This document shows, piece after piece, positions 62,370 to 64,000 of a DNA stretch of 64,000 bases. How positions within the stretch are numbered: position 1 is the stretch's first letter; each line of letters starts with the position of its first letter. A model generated the notes under the pieces. That model did no database searches. It was not told the origin of the DNA and was given only the letters and a program-made list of their open reading frames with translations. The DNA comes from Balanoglossus misakiensis (lineage: Eukaryota; Animalia; Hemichordata). The position numbers were made by a program, and so were the translations under genes. The stretch is from the NCBI GenBank assembly GCA_040954595.2, contig CM082577.2, positions 5,506,301-5,570,300 on the forward strand, given 5' to 3'.

Positions 62370-63557
62370 CTGTGTTTGAAAAAAAAAAAACATACATCAT
62401 AGAAAACAAAGGTATAGATAAACATCGTCCATACGAAATCTATAAAATATGGCTCCAAACACTACACTTACAACTACATAATTATTTTTTTATTTTTTTT
62501 AAATGAATGAATATTGATGGAAACACAAGGTAATGTCATTGATTTCTTTTGTTGCACAGAGATTACACGTATAGCTGTCATGTGTAAAGGGGGGGGGGGA
62601 CATCAGTTCCAACCTCCCGTAAAAAAAAAAAATCCATGAATACTGAAGAAAATCACAATGACACAGCGACTTCTGTTTTATCATCCATTCAAATAACAAT
62701 GCTAAACTCGTAGTCACAAAAGATTGACGTCATGTTTTCTTTCCTTCAAATGGGACCAGCTCCTGTCATTAAAACCGGATCAAATGCGATTATGTGAAGT
62801 TTGTTTACAGTTTACCTGATTTAGGAGAATTAGATTTGATCAGCAGAGAGACCGATACATTGTATTATTTTTTTTTTTAGTTTTGGAGGACGTGAGTGAT
62901 CTGAAATCAAACTGAGCTCCAAGGCATGTTGAAGTGAATTTGGGCATTACAATGGTAAAAGAACTGTTTGGAAATGATACATGTACACTATTTCTGGGCA
63001 TGCCGTTATGATGAATTTCCATAAAAACTTACAAATTATAATTTATTGAACAAACTTCAATTGTCACAATTTGCGAATTCCAAATATTGCAGTAAAAAGC
63101 AAGTGGAAGTACATGTAGAGTAATTTCACTTTTAGTCCTTTTTAACATCAGCCACTCTTCTAGATCAATTTACGGAACAGTCAGTCATTGTCATCAAATA
63201 TTCATGGTAACAATTACAGCCTACTTTAATGGCATTTATAATGGAAGTGTGTACAAGTGGTATCATTGTTGTCATCTACACTGTAGGTAGGCAAGGTAGA
63301 GTCTGCCAGGCTAGCTGCAGACTACATGTAGCTGTATAATTTTCTTTAAATTCACATTTATTTTATGACCCAGACTTTATCATATTGGACTGTAAATTGA
63401 TATCATGATTGAATTTTCAATGCTTTCCCAAACCTTGTAGGATTTTCTCTCAAACAGAAAAAATTTAGGGTCAACTCAACATTGGGGTTGAACTAGGGAA
63501 CATAATGCGTTGGATTTACAAGAAACATGCAACTTGCAAATTCTTTTTTTCTTGGCA

Positions 63558-63690
63558 TAAGGGACCGTTCAGTTTTTACGGCCGGGGGGGGGCCGGCAAA
63601 ATCCAGGGGGGGGTCACTTAAATTTTGAAGTCCACAAGGGGGGGGTCATCTGGTTTTTTTAAACGTTTAGGGGGGGGGTCACATACTTTT
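63558..63690. mobile_element. PIF/Harbinger-like MITE end with G-run subrepeats
   Basis: TAA followed by GGGACCGTTCAGTTTTTACGG, then three G(7-9)TCA units; second TIR not seen in the window. Confidence 0.45.
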
Positions 63691-64000
63691 GCCAACGAAC
63701 TTTTGCTTTTGAGTCTACAAAATTGCAGTTTCGCACCCTCTATTTTACAAAATTTTCTAATGTGGGAGGGGGACACCCCCTCCCACACCCACCCCCTCCA
63801 TTCTTCGCCACATTGCATTTTTTTGCTGGTTTGTCTAGTGTACCAGGCCAGAGTGCTTGCCACCCCAACCCCACCGATGATAATATTTAACAAATTGAAT
63901 ACATAAAGGAGAATAATTGTTTAAACCATTTTGCATAACTGATAGTTTCGCGCTGCATCTTCTATATATAATAATGTCATGCCGAAGATGACGCCAAATC

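Noticed and set aside
62814-62860. Possible upstream DNAH3 exon ending CAG|GTAAAC
   Set aside because: No dynein-like sequence or convincing acceptor/start; the 5' end is left unresolved.
1-64000. CRISPR arrays, rRNA/tRNA genes, autonomous transposons or prokaryotic/viral inserts
   Set aside because: No repeat-spacer arrays, cloverleaves, rRNA-like segments, or transposase/RT ORFs seen; the coding signal is explained by five spliced genes.

Overview
Intron-rich animal genomic DNA, probably an invertebrate deuterostome (taxon is an inference). I assembled five protein-coding genes by hand from splice signals and reading-frame phase. (1) A TRAF6-like gene on the minus strand, with its 3' end off the window. 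(2) unkempt (CCCH zinc fingers + RING), head-to-head with the TRAF gene. (3) ATF4, with the full integrated-stress-response uORF switch (3-codon uORF1; intron-split uORF2 overlapping the CDS) and a tandemly duplicated ESGPGS degron-like motif. (4) An unrecognised 16-exon, ~1035-aa secreted protein with a furin site and GPI signal, a ZP-like layout and an inserted phase-1/phase-1 SRCR + fibrinogen-like cassette. (5) Axonemal dynein heavy chain DNAH3 on the minus strand, ~34 kb, 5' end not located. The most unexpected signals are hidden splice architecture in DNAH3 introns (candidate 3-nt and 6-nt microexons; acceptors with very long AG-free zones leading to stop codons) and the mosaic ZP-like protein. 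Also present: two GC-AG introns, MITE-like elements, an intronic hairpin and microsatellites. Coordinates were counted by eye; no database searches were run.
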